From Nitrospirota bacterium (GTDB taxonomy: Bacteria; Nitrospirota; Nitrospiria; Nitrospirales; Nitrospiraceae): DNA of 64,000 nt. The notes under the pieces were generated by a model. It was not told where the DNA came from and searched no databases. It saw only the letters and a program-made list of their open reading frames with translations. The DNA is taken from the NCBI GenBank assembly GCA_963701855.1, contig CAVPBK010000010.1, positions 1 to 64,000 of the forward strand, in the 5' to 3' direction. The translations under genes were made by a program, and so were the position numbers. Position 1 is the first letter of the stretch; the number at the start of each line of letters is the position of its first letter. Of the stretch, positions 51,029 through 60,906 are shown piece by piece.

Positions 51029-51397
51029 CTACTGAAGGCTGGTCTTAGGCTGGAGTTGCTGGATCATACGGTCCAGTCGGTCTTGATGCAGAGGAGCTAT
51101 CGTCAAGAACTCTAGACCGATGCCGGCGGACCCGGACCAGCGGACTGTGGCATTGTCGATTAAGATTGGCTTCGACTCACCAGGAATGTGTAACTGCACG
51201 GTGAGCTGCATGCCGGTAAAGGGACTGATGATGCTGTCTACGCGGCATCCATTGGCCGAAATGTTTCGTACAGATCCAGTATGGCGGAAGTGATCCTTCT
51301 GTACCAAGGTGCTGGAGAGCGACACGGAAAATCTGGGATGCTTTCTGGTGACCATAGCTTTGTAAAGAGGCCTCGCTGATGAGACTCCCGCTGTCAT
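51029..51397 (-). CDS. PilZ domain protein
   Basis: RKHPR...NISANG...VRW...GIGLEF. Confidence 0.82.
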   Translation of the reverse strand: MTAGVSSARPLYKAMVTRKHPRFSVSLSSTLVQKDHFRHTGSVRNISANGCRVDSIISPFTGMQLTVQLHIPGESKPILIDNATVRWSGSAGIGLEFLTIAPLHQDRLDRMIQQLQPKTSLQ

Positions 51398-51467
51398 TGT
51401 CTTGCCTCAGAAGAGGCTAGTCGGTGAACAAGTGGTTGTCAAAGAAATTGAGATCTTTGGAAATTTC

Positions 51468-51510
51468 CAGCCCGCATTATTCATGGCGGTTCGTCGCGAA
51501 GTGGCGAAGC
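51468..51510. repeat. partial family B MITE end
   Basis: AGCCCGCATTATTCATGGCGGTTCGTCGCGAA. Confidence 0.55.
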
Positions 51511-51690
51511 TTCGCGCGACAAGCGCAATGAGCAGGACTTGCGTGACGTATGAGCCCTGTCCCTACTTGTCTCGCTTTTCCCGCCAGTCTCGCTTAAGTC
51601 AGGCATCGTCCGCAGCACGTGTTTCGCATGGTCGCCATTTGATTTTCTGTGGGCGCACTTCTAGAATGCCGCCATTGGATTGACGTTGCA

Positions 51691-52431
51691 ATGCCCACCA
51701 TCTCTAGCTCACGAATATCCTCTCAGCGCAAGAAGAGATCGAAGAAGTTCTCTGTCATCAACGCCTCGCAGAAACGCCGTTTTCAAACCCGGTTGCTGAA
51801 GTGGTACAAGGAGCATGGCCGTGACCTACCTTGGCGGAAGACCTCCGACCCCTATCACATTTTGGTCTCTGAGGTGATGTTGCAACAAACACAGGTTGAT
51901 CGGGTGATTCCAAAGTACCACGAATTTCTAGACCGTTACCCAAGCTTTGAAGAGTTGGCTGATGCGCCAGTCTCGGATGTGAAGAAGACGTGGTACCCGC
52001 TAGGCTACAATATTCGGCCGGAGCGGTTACATAGTATCGCGTGTGAGACAGTAGAGCGGTATGGGGGCCGTCTTCCGAGCGATGCGGAGGAATTGCTATC
52101 GTTCAAGGGAATTGGACGGTACACGGCAGGCGCAATTCGATCGTTCGCATTCAACGAAGATGCGCCGATCTTGGATACGAATGTCATTAGGGTCCTTCAT
52201 CGGGTGTTCATGGCAAAGGGCGACCCCAAGGCTCAAAAGGCGAAGCTCTGGCAATTGTCGGGAGCCTTAATTCCAAGTGGGAAGGGCTATGACTTCAACC
52301 AGGCGATTATGGATTTTGGTGCGACCTGCTGCACGGCAAGAAATCCCTTCTGCAGGCAATGTCCGATGAAATCATTTTGCAAGACGTACCCCTTCGATCA
52401 GAAGTCGCGAAGAGTGACGGTGCGGCATTGA
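51691..52431 (+). CDS. mutY: A/G-specific adenine glycosylase (short, no C-terminal domain)
   Basis: RDLPWR, SEVMLQQT, GIGRYTA, DTNV, Fe-S Cys cluster. Confidence 0.9.
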   Translation: MPTISSSRISSQRKKRSKKFSVINASQKRRFQTRLLKWYKEHGRDLPWRKTSDPYHILVSEVMLQQTQVDRVIPKYHEFLDRYPSFEELADAPVSDVKKTWYPLGYNIRPERLHSIACETVERYGGRLPSDAEELLSFKGIGRYTAGAIRSFAFNEDAPILDTNVIRVLHRVFMAKGDPKAQKAKLWQLSGALIPSGKGYDFNQAIMDFGATCCTARNPFCRQCPMKSFCKTYPFDQKSRRVTVRH

Positions 52432-52832
52432 AGGTCGTTGAGGTTGCTGCCGGTCTTGTTTATCGTGAGGGCCGCTACTTGATTGCCCGACGGAATCCGG
52501 GCGTGCACTTGGCGGGTTTCTGGGAGTTTCCAGGCGGAAAGCGCGAGACGGGTGAAACATTGGAAGAATGTCTGCGGCGGGAGCTGTTCGAGGAGTTGGG
52601 CATTCGTATCGACGTGCCAATACCCTTCCAGATCGTTCGGCATGAGTATGCAGAGAAAGCAGTGGAGCTGCATTTTTTCCACTGTAGAATTGAAACCGGG
52701 CATGCCACAGCCATCGACTGTGCGGAAATTCGATGGGTCTGGCCACACGAGTTAGGTGACTTTGAGTTTCCTCCAGCGGATCGTCCGATCATCGAGGCCT
52801 TACGGCGGCAGAGCATAGAGCAGACTTTATGA
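52428..52832 (+). CDS. mutT: 8-oxo-dGTP diphosphatase, MutT-like
   Basis: WEFPGGKRETGETLEECLRRELFEELG; FPPAD. Confidence 0.85.
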   Translation: MKVVEVAAGLVYREGRYLIARRNPGVHLAGFWEFPGGKRETGETLEECLRRELFEELGIRIDVPIPFQIVRHEYAEKAVELHFFHCRIETGHATAIDCAEIRWVWPHELGDFEFPPADRPIIEALRRQSIEQTL

Positions 52833-53545
52833 AGGTTGTGCTGGATATTGAGACTATTCAAGCGCCTCGGGATGAATGGTCTCGGCTGGCGGGGAAGCTT
52901 CCGTCAAATGCTGACTCTGCGCCGGCAGGTGAGGGCTACGATTTGTTTACGGCGGGAGCTGCCGAAACTCAACGACGTGCAGAGGATGAACAATATGCGA
53001 AGTCGGCCTTTGACGGCACATTCAGTCAGATCGTCTGTATCGGCCTGTTGGAATTTTCAGACCAGCTCGAGCCCCGTGGATCGGTGGCCTGGTATGGCGG
53101 GGATGAGCGGGAGTTGCTGCAACAATTCTGGAGCCGTTTGGGTCAGAACCGCCCCTCGCTCTTCATCACCCATAACGGTCTGGGCTTCGACCTCCCGTTC
53201 ATTAAGAAGCGATCAATTATCCACCAGGTTAAGCCAAGCCTGGATGTCAACCTCGCCAAGTTCCGTACGGAACCGGTATACGACACAATGGCGATCTGGA
53301 GCAATTGGGATACACGCGGGTGGGTGAAACTCGACGTGCTGGCGCGAGCCCTGAACGTCGAAACGAAATCGGGTAGTGGGTCTCAGGTGGCTGAGATGTG
53401 GGGGAAAGGACAGGGACTAGAGTTGGCTCGGTACTGCTTACAAGATACCTATGTGACCTATGCCTGTTATTGCCGGATGAATTTCCGACAACCCCTGTCC
53501 AGTGAAGTGGTCTTGCTCCAGCCAGAGTTACTGAGTGTCGGCTGA
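52829..53545 (+). CDS. PolB-related DEDD 3'-5' exonuclease
   Basis: LDIET, HNGLGFDLP, YCLQD. Confidence 0.82.
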   Translation: MKVVLDIETIQAPRDEWSRLAGKLPSNADSAPAGEGYDLFTAGAAETQRRAEDEQYAKSAFDGTFSQIVCIGLLEFSDQLEPRGSVAWYGGDERELLQQFWSRLGQNRPSLFITHNGLGFDLPFIKKRSIIHQVKPSLDVNLAKFRTEPVYDTMAIWSNWDTRGWVKLDVLARALNVETKSGSGSQVAEMWGKGQGLELARYCLQDTYVTYACYCRMNFRQPLSSEVVLLQPELLSVG

Positions 53546-53551
53546 GGCAGG

Positions 53552-54484
53552 CTAGCGAGTTCGTGTCGCCTGTGCCGATTTCTTCTTCGGTGCGGGTTTA
53601 GCAGATACGTTGGTTGACCTGAGCGCTTTCATTTCCTCGTCTCGGTTCCGCAGTTCGCGCTTCATCCATTCCGACTCCTTGCGAAGCATAGTAATCTCGG
53701 AATCTTTTTTGGCGAGCGCCTCTTTTGCTATTTTTAAGTCACTGAGCTTCTGAACCAAAAATTCGTCCTGTCCCGTCTCCTGGCCCACACTGGCGGAGAT
53801 CGCCTGAGCTTTCACTGGAACGGCCGCCATCGAGGATGCAGTCGGAACGATCGACGTGGCGTTTGCGATCGGCATGGCGGCGGGCATCGGCGACATGGCC
53901 AGTGCATGATAGTCGATGATCATTGTCATAGCGCCGAGTGCACCACCGGCGGCATAGGCCGGAGCCGGTTCGATGCGTACAGCCGACTCAGGCATAAACC
54001 CGGTCGGTTTGGCGCCCTTCCCAATGGTCAAGTAGATCGATCCTTTCTGCATATAAAGACTGCCCGTGGTGGGCTCAGAGCCTGACCCTGCCGATGAGGA
54101 TACGCGGAACCCAACAAGCTGTTCGGGTTTCGCCCTTGATAAGCCTTGTGCGAGCAGGGGAGAGAGAAATTCTGCATCCTCATCGCTGAAAATTCTCATC
54201 GGCTTGCTGCCACCAGCGGACATTCTCGAAGATCCGCTCATGTCGTCGTTACGATATAACCCTTTTATGATCTTTGTGATGGTCAGTTGATCGATCACAG
54301 CAGGATGGCCGGCTTCAAATGACCAATCAGTCACTTCTTCCAGGTAAACGCTGCCCTTTGCATTGTGTGCGAGCTTTGTCCCACCGGCACAACCGCTAAT
54401 GACGAGGGCACAGGCGGCGATTCCAACAAGGCCCTGCATGACCGGATTTCTCACATTCGTTAGCGCGAAGTAGTTCTTTATCAT
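53552..54484 (-). CDS. lipoprotein with C-terminal coiled coil
   Basis: Lipobox ISGC; coiled-coil tail. Confidence 0.72.
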   Translation of the reverse strand: MIKNYFALTNVRNPVMQGLVGIAACALVISGCAGGTKLAHNAKGSVYLEEVTDWSFEAGHPAVIDQLTITKIIKGLYRNDDMSGSSRMSAGGSKPMRIFSDEDAEFLSPLLAQGLSRAKPEQLVGFRVSSSAGSGSEPTTGSLYMQKGSIYLTIGKGAKPTGFMPESAVRIEPAPAYAAGGALGAMTMIIDYHALAMSPMPAAMPIANATSIVPTASSMAAVPVKAQAISASVGQETGQDEFLVQKLSDLKIAKEALAKKDSEITMLRKESEWMKRELRNRDEEMKALRSTNVSAKPAPKKKSAQATRTR

Positions 54485-54737
54485 AACGACTCTCTTTCTA
54501 TTCAGTAGGGGGTGTGACTATCCGTGGCGAGATGCAAGGTCGATGCATCTCGGGGGATTACCAGATTCCCAGGCCCATCAGCGCCATGCTCAGTGCAATC
54601 CATCCGAAGAGTCCCATCGCGATGAGGGTTTCCAGGCTCATGGAGGTATCGGTTTTTTCTTTCACATCGGGTTCTTGATTCTGGATCATGTCTCGTCTCC
54701 AAAGAGTGCGCGCGGTTACGTATAGGTGCATCAAATA

Positions 54738-54752
54738 GCAAAGATTATGCCT
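54738..54752 (-). promoter_or_regulatory. putative sigma54 promoter
   Basis: AGGCATAATCTTTGC (GG-N10-GC) upstream of the lipoprotein gene. Confidence 0.45.
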
Positions 54753-55100
54753 CTAGTTAGGGTGAAGTAGACGTAGTGAAGTACTAGGGCAATATCATGA
54801 GAAGATGGGAATTGGTGCAACGGGACTGCCTAAACATAGACAAGGATAAGCACAGGAGATAATGAATCTAATCATATGATAATGCAGCACTTAATTGGAG
54901 CATTGTTCCGGCTATTTCATGGGCTCCTGAAAAGAGAACTCCCGTTCCACGAAGGGTCATCACGCGGATTGCTATCCCCTATTACTACTTGAGAGGTGTG
55001 AGGGAAGAGGGACTCACAAACAGTTCTTGTTCAGAAGTGTACTTTTGGGAGCGTATGACGCAGAAATAATTCTTGGGGAAGGAGGGTAGGCACCAACGAT

Positions 55101-56447
55101 TTAATTCAGCGGCGGACGTTCCGCATACAACGTCGTGGACGATGCATCGTAGATGGCGAGGGAAACCATGTTTCCCGGTTGAGAGGGTATCGCACGCTTG
55201 TCCCAGATGACGGTGATGTTGCCATCCGATTTTCCCATGCCTTGCGCGGCCGATCGCTTCGCATCCCCTTCGACCAGGACGGGGACTATCGTCTTCAGAT
55301 ATTCCCGGTTCCGCTCGTAGGAAATGTTCCGTTGGAGGTCGAAGAGTCGTGTCACCCGCTCGGTCTTTACCGTCTCAGAGACATCGTCTGAAAACTTGCG
55401 TGCGGCGATGGTGTTCTTTCGCTCAGAGTATTTGAAGATAAACGCTGAGTGAAACCGTGTTTCCTCGACAAGCCGGTACGTCTCATCAAAGTCCGCATCG
55501 TTTTCCCCACAGAAACCACAAATGATATCGGTGCTTATGACGATGTCCGATCGCAGAGTGCGGATACGGTCGACTAAGGCGCGATACTCCGCATTAGAAT
55601 AGGTGCGATTCATCAAGCTGAGTATACGGTCGCTGCCGGATTGCAGTGGTAAATGGACTTGCTTGCAGATGTTGGGATGGGATACGACGGCTTCCAACAA
55701 TGCAAGCGGAAAGTCTTTGGGGTGTGGGGACGTGAAACGCACGCGTTCGATGCCGGGCACGTCCGCGACCGCCGTGATCAATCGTGCAAAATCCCAGTCG
55801 CCGAATTGGTACGAATTGACGTTTTGCCCCAGGAGCGTGATTTGCTTGAATCCTCCCTCGGCGATCCGGCGAGCTTCCTGAAGAATTCCCTCTGGATTGC
55901 GGGAACGTTCACGTCCCCGAGTGTAGGGGACCACACAGAAGCTGCAGAAGTTGTCGCAGCCTCGCATGACAGCGATCCAGGCATTCACCCCGTCGGTTCG
56001 ATCCGGTATGACATCGTGATAGGTTTCATATTCCGAAAGGTCGACCGCGAGTCCCTTCTGATCCAACCCCTCCTCTTGCGAAAGCATCGCGTTGCGGATC
56101 AACATCGGCAGCTGGCGATAGGCATCAGGGCCGGCGAGTACATCGACCAGCGGCTGAAAGTCCGTCAACTCCTCTTTAAGATTTTGCGCCATACAACCCA
56201 AGACGCCTACGACCAACGGACGTTGCCGCTTGAGTTTCTTGAGCTCAGACAAGTGCTTATAGACCTTATTGTGGGCATTCTCGCGAATTGCGCAGGTGTT
56301 CATCAAAATCACGTCTGCACGTTCTCGTTCATCGGTAAACACAAATCCGCTCTGTTTCATCAGCGAGCGAACGAGTTCCGAATCGTATTCGTTCATCTGA
56401 CAGCCGAAGGTTTCAAGATGCACATGAGTTGCGGATTTGGCTTTCAT
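55101..56447 (-). CDS. miaB: tRNA ms2i6A37 methylthiotransferase
   Basis: TFGCQMNEYDS, NTCAIRENA, GCDNFCSFC, LLGQNVNSY. Confidence 0.92.
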   Translation of the reverse strand: MKAKSATHVHLETFGCQMNEYDSELVRSLMKQSGFVFTDERERADVILMNTCAIRENAHNKVYKHLSELKKLKRQRPLVVGVLGCMAQNLKEELTDFQPLVDVLAGPDAYRQLPMLIRNAMLSQEEGLDQKGLAVDLSEYETYHDVIPDRTDGVNAWIAVMRGCDNFCSFCVVPYTRGRERSRNPEGILQEARRIAEGGFKQITLLGQNVNSYQFGDWDFARLITAVADVPGIERVRFTSPHPKDFPLALLEAVVSHPNICKQVHLPLQSGSDRILSLMNRTYSNAEYRALVDRIRTLRSDIVISTDIICGFCGENDADFDETYRLVEETRFHSAFIFKYSERKNTIAARKFSDDVSETVKTERVTRLFDLQRNISYERNREYLKTIVPVLVEGDAKRSAAQGMGKSDGNITVIWDKRAIPSQPGNMVSLAIYDASSTTLYAERPPLN

Positions 56448-57775
56448 AGAACCAGCAGCTTTCGCACGGGCTGATGTTCCGCCGTGAGCTGACCTACCGC
56501 CCAACGGTCTGATGCTCCAGTAATACGCACCTCTTTTAGATGATTGGTGAGGTCGATGCTTGAGGGCACACCCACTTTCAAGAAGTTTACTGTCACCCCC
56601 AACCTGAATCCATCTATTTCTCCTGACTCGAAGAGGACGGACACGGTGGATCCGATATATCGTTCCGCAAAGGCCAGGCGTTTAAGACGGGACAGCTCGG
56701 CAAGTTTCTTCGCCCGTTCCCGACCGACTGCGATCGGCACCTGGTCAGGCAGCTTCGTGGCAGCAGTGCCGGGCCGTTGCGAATAGGTAAAGACATGGAA
56801 ATAGGAGAAGGGAAGCTCGTGCGCGAGGCTCAGAGTATGCGCGAATGCTTCCTCAGTTTCTCCTGGAAATCCAACCATCAGATCGGTTCCCAGTCCAAGG
56901 TGAGGAACCGTCGCCACGGCCCGCTGGATCAGATGGGTAAACTCTTCTGCATTGTATGGACGATTCATGGACGACAATATGGTGTCGTCTCCGCTCTGTA
57001 AGGGGATATGGAGATAGGGACATAGCTTCGACGAAGAAGCCATCCGATCTAAGAGGGCGTTCGTGATCGTCGTCGGCTCAATAGATGAAATTCTGATTCG
57101 TTCGAGTCCTTCAATTTCCTCTAATTGTGTGATCAACCCGACCAGATCGAACTTGTCTTGGCGATACTGCCCGATGTTGACGCCGGTCAGCACAATCTCC
57201 CGGTAGCCCCCTGCTACAAGTATCTCGGCTTCTCGGATTATGTCATCCCGGAGGCGGCTCCGCTCATGTCCGCGTGCGAAGGGAATAAGACAGAAGCTAC
57301 ACATCACATTGCAGCCATCCTGGATTTTGAGCAGCGCCCTGGTGGAATCCGGTTCGCCATACTCCGGCAGGGTGAAATCTTCCCGGTCGATGGCGCGAGT
57401 ATGGAGAATTTCCGGGTCTGGTTGCTTCTTCAGAGCATGGGGAGCCGGAAGAAATGACGGTAAGTCCCATTTGAATTGATTTCCGACAATGAGATCGATT
57501 CCAGGAATGGTGCGCAGCTCTTGAACGCCGGTCTGGGCGTAACAGCCCGTTATCGCCACAAAGGCATCGGGGGAATGTCTTAATGTCTTGCGGATCACAT
57601 ATCGGCAGGTCCGTTCTGATTCCTCTGTCACCGAGCAGGTATTTACGACAAGCAAGTCCGTCGGTTCGCCGAACTCGACGACGTGGTAGCCATCGCGCCG
57701 CAAGCGAGCTGTGAGCACCGCTGTCTCTGCCTGGTTCAGCCGACAGCCGAGTGTATGGAGTGAGGCACGTTTCAT
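56444..57775 (-). CDS. mtaB: tRNA ms2t6A37 methylthiotransferase
   Basis: TLGCRLNQAET, NTCSVT, KIQDGCNVMCSFC, RISSIEP. Confidence 0.9.
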   Translation of the reverse strand: MKRASLHTLGCRLNQAETAVLTARLRRDGYHVVEFGEPTDLLVVNTCSVTEESERTCRYVIRKTLRHSPDAFVAITGCYAQTGVQELRTIPGIDLIVGNQFKWDLPSFLPAPHALKKQPDPEILHTRAIDREDFTLPEYGEPDSTRALLKIQDGCNVMCSFCLIPFARGHERSRLRDDIIREAEILVAGGYREIVLTGVNIGQYRQDKFDLVGLITQLEEIEGLERIRISSIEPTTITNALLDRMASSSKLCPYLHIPLQSGDDTILSSMNRPYNAEEFTHLIQRAVATVPHLGLGTDLMVGFPGETEEAFAHTLSLAHELPFSYFHVFTYSQRPGTAATKLPDQVPIAVGRERAKKLAELSRLKRLAFAERYIGSTVSVLFESGEIDGFRLGVTVNFLKVGVPSSIDLTNHLKEVRITGASDRWAVGQLTAEHQPVRKLLVL

Positions 57776-57920
57776 ATTAGCCAGGCCATTATAGGGAGAT
57801 CTTTGTTCCTATCGCAATGATCTCCCTCGAGTTCTTCTGCCGCTCACGATCATCGCTTGAAGGCCCTGAAAGGCCATGGTAGAGTTCGCTGCCTGCCCAC
57901 CCCATCATCGTGAGTCTGTT

Positions 57921-58331
57921 GTGACATCTTCACAGTCGGCGGCTTCCATCTTCATTGTCTCTCTTCTGCTCCTGCTCTCTGCGTCCGGTGGATGGACGAA
58001 GGAACTTTTGCCGCACGAACCTGACCTCGAGACAAGAATTGACGAGCACTACGATCACGAAGTTCGGCTCTTTCTCACGCTCTATTCATTGCGCGGGAAC
58101 GGCCAAGTCGACTATGTCACAGGTCGTCTCGTTCAGGAGTATTCCAGAAGCATCTATGGTAATCCTGTCTACAGGACGGAAGCCTATCCCTTGTTCTACT
58201 GGTGGAACCACACCATGTATAACGATCCGGAGCAGGATGGCGTGAATGGCAACGAACGGGTCTACCAGGAAAACGTGGAGTTCGATATTTCGCGCTACAA
58301 GCCCTGCACCTTCAATGGACAACCCTGCTGA
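57921..58331 (+). CDS. exported hypothetical protein
   Basis: Signal peptide; DPEQDGVNGNE; C-terminal Cys pair. Confidence 0.65.
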   Translation: MTSSQSAASIFIVSLLLLLSASGGWTKELLPHEPDLETRIDEHYDHEVRLFLTLYSLRGNGQVDYVTGRLVQEYSRSIYGNPVYRTEAYPLFYWWNHTMYNDPEQDGVNGNERVYQENVEFDISRYKPCTFNGQPC

Positions 58332-58480
58332 GTTTCTTATGTACTGCTTTGCTGGATGGTTCTTCGATGCCGTTTCGACCCACTCCTTCTCCCTCTCGAC
58401 AGATTAGATTTCAAGAATGTCCTGCGCGGTCCCTGCATTCCGATGATATGCTTCTCCCGCATGTGTGCTAAAACGGCTCA

Positions 58481-59749
58481 ATGAAAGCTGCATCTTTCAC
58501 TCAGATCCTTGCGAACCGTCGCATCGGCATCATGCTGCCCCTGGGCTTTGCCTCGGGTTTGCCGTTGGCCCTTACCGCTGGGACACTCCAAGCTTGGCTG
58601 ACGGTTGTCGGGCTCGACCTGAAGACCATTGGTGTTTTTACGCTCGTCGGTCTCCCGTACACGCTGAAATTCTTGTGGGCCCCCTTGATGGATCGCCTGG
58701 TCCCTCCCTGGCTGGGACGCCGGCGTGGATGGATGCTAGTGATGCAGCTCTGTGTCGCGCTCGGCTTGGCGGCCATGGCGGTGACTGGGCCGGGCCAGCG
58801 TCCGGAAATACTTGGGATCCTGGCCCTCGTGGTGGCCTTCCTCGCTGCCTCACTCGATATCGTCTTCGACGCCTATCGGACCGATGTGCTCTTACATCGG
58901 GAACGGGGCTTCGGTGTAGCTGTGTGGGTGAATGGCTATCGATGTGCGCTGCTGCTTGCGAGCGCCGGCGCCCTTCTATTGGCCGATCGTATTGGATGGC
59001 AAAACACCTATTTGCTGCTTGCCGCGCTAATGTTGGCAGGCGTTATCACGATCCTCGTCAGTCCGGAACCATCAGCGCCAAGTGCGATACCGGCAAGTCT
59101 GGCCGATGCGGTTGGTGGGCCGCTGAAAGAATTCTTTACGCGTCCAGGGGTGGTTGGGCTTCTCGCTCTCGTCGTCTTTTATAAAATCGGAGATGCCGTC
59201 GCAGCGTCGCTTCAAACGGCATTTCTGATTGGAGGGATGGGCTTCTCTGTCAGCGAGGTCGGGTATGTAAAGGGTCTTGGGATTGGAGCGACGCTCATCG
59301 GCGCATTGGCCGGGGGTGTCGCAATGGCTAAGCTCGGGATGGTTCGGTCATTACTGCTCTTTGGTTTGCTGCAAGCGGTTTCAAACTTGGGATTCATGTG
59401 GCTCGCCTGGATAGGCAAAAGTTATGGAGCACTCATGACATCTATTCTCGTCGAGAATGTGACTGGTGGCATGGGCACTGTAGCGTTTGTCGCACTGATT
59501 ATGTCGCTATGCGACCATCGATTTACGGCAACCCAATTCGCGTTGCTCTCCTCCCTTGAAGCACTCGGGCGGGTATTCTCTGGCCGTCCGTCGGCTGAGT
59601 TGGTCGAAATGGTCGGCTGGGCACAATTTTTCTTCTGGTCGTTTCTGGTCGCTCTGCCAGGCATCTGGCTGGTGTGGGCTCTCCGAGCACAGTTGCATCG
59701 AGAAGCCAGCCGCGATGTGCAAGCCAAAGTTGGCTCAGCCGATCTATGA
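58481..59749 (+). CDS. ampG: muropeptide permease (MFS)
   Basis: LGFASGLP, KFLWAPLMD, GRRRGW, DIVFDAY, ATQFALLSS. Confidence 0.92.
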   Translation: MKAASFTQILANRRIGIMLPLGFASGLPLALTAGTLQAWLTVVGLDLKTIGVFTLVGLPYTLKFLWAPLMDRLVPPWLGRRRGWMLVMQLCVALGLAAMAVTGPGQRPEILGILALVVAFLAASLDIVFDAYRTDVLLHRERGFGVAVWVNGYRCALLLASAGALLLADRIGWQNTYLLLAALMLAGVITILVSPEPSAPSAIPASLADAVGGPLKEFFTRPGVVGLLALVVFYKIGDAVAASLQTAFLIGGMGFSVSEVGYVKGLGIGATLIGALAGGVAMAKLGMVRSLLLFGLLQAVSNLGFMWLAWIGKSYGALMTSILVENVTGGMGTVAFVALIMSLCDHRFTATQFALLSSLEALGRVFSGRPSAELVEMVGWAQFFFWSFLVALPGIWLVWALRAQLHREASRDVQAKVGSADL

Positions 59750-60040
59750 CGGACGTATACGTCTTTGGAGGAACAAGACAAACAGCATTAATGTTGGAAG
59801 GGGTGCCAGGACGAAGGGGACAAGCCAAACCCAGAAATTTTTCCCACGCATGCGAGCTTGATCGATCATCCAGACAAAGACCCACACAATCAAGCCAAGA
59901 TAGTTAATGGCCATCTATCCGGCTATATAAATCTTGAGGCCGTTCGTGTTGTCCGATGCCGTATTGAGGAAAAAGACTCCCAAGGTGAGCACAAATAGTC
60001 CTAATAAGACTGCGACAAGGCGTTTGCTCCAGATAGACAT
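59744..60040 (-). pseudogene. small membrane protein with an internal TAG
   Basis: MSIWSKRL...KIYIAG*MAINYLGLIVWVFVWMIDQARMRGKNFWVW...RIRPS* in one frame. Confidence 0.55.
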
Positions 60041-60202
60041 GAGGGTCTTTCTGATAGAAGCAATGTGAGCAGCATGGTTGCCGCCACAACCTAACGGGCG
60101 TAGGCTAGTCATCCGTCTGTTGTTTGTCAAAGGGGAGCTGCGCGCCTCCATTTTTCTGTCGATTCTGGTGCAACATCGGTTCGGCAACAAGTATTGGCTT
60201 GT

Positions 60203-60574
60203 ATGAGTCTTTTGCGTTTGAGCCTAGTCGTGGCGGTATTGGCCTTGAGTGTTGTGTTGGCACTGACCAATCCCACCATTGATGAATATTTGGCCTTTGT
60301 GCAAGCCGAACTCACCAAGGCTCTGGATCGAATGGATCAATCCACACCTGAACGGGAGGGAGCGGTGGTCAGAAGTATTTTTCGTAGGCACAGTCAGGAG
60401 TTGCTCAATAGTATGGTGCGTCCTCATACCATTCGGAAAAACTGGGGAATCCTCAGCCGATTTGAAACAACGGTCCTGGGTACTAAGGTTGTGGTTATCG
60501 GCATTGGCAACCAATTCATTCCCGTTGAAGGAGTGGATGAAGCCGTTCTGACTCTCGGTCGCCGCGTTTTTTAG
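60203..60574 (+). CDS. DUF4359-like protein
   Basis: N-terminal TM, LALTNP, RKNWGILS, IGIGNQF. Confidence 0.65.
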   Translation: MSLLRLSLVVAVLALSVVLALTNPTIDEYLAFVQAELTKALDRMDQSTPEREGAVVRSIFRRHSQELLNSMVRPHTIRKNWGILSRFETTVLGTKVVVIGIGNQFIPVEGVDEAVLTLGRRVF

Positions 60575-60625
60575 TCCAGAGGCATTCTGGTGGGCGTTTA
60601 CATCCGCTCTTTTTCATAAAAATAT

Positions 60626-60688
60626 TGTGGATAAGTCGGTATAAATTGCTGAAAGCTGGCGTTTCTCAATCATTTGCAGTTATCCACA
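60626..60688. promoter_or_regulatory. two perfect DnaA boxes
   Basis: TGTGGATAA at 60626-60634 and TTATCCACA at 60680-60688. Confidence 0.7.
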
Positions 60689-60714
60689 GATTTTCCTCCG
60701 TTTCCCCAGCCAAC

Positions 60715-60762
60715 CCACTACATTTGGTATTGACAATTCATCCTGATCGCTATATGTAGATA
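60715..60762 (+). promoter_or_regulatory. tandem NrdR boxes overlapping the promoter
   Basis: CCACTACATTTGGTAT and TCGCTATATGTAGATA start 32 bp apart; TTGACA at 60730-60735. Confidence 0.7.
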
Positions 60763-60906
60763 GCCCTCAGTGGATTGATCCGTCAAGCAGCAAAAATCAG
60801 GGCGCCCAAAGCACATTTTATATTGGTATTGAAGACAAATTATTCCTGTTTGGGATTAAAAGCAGTCCCATACCACATACATACGCAGACTGGGGGAGGA
60901 GAAATC

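Noticed and set aside
60600..60900. Replication origin
   Set aside because: Only two clear DnaA boxes and no dnaA/dnaN context; the position fits promoter regulation.
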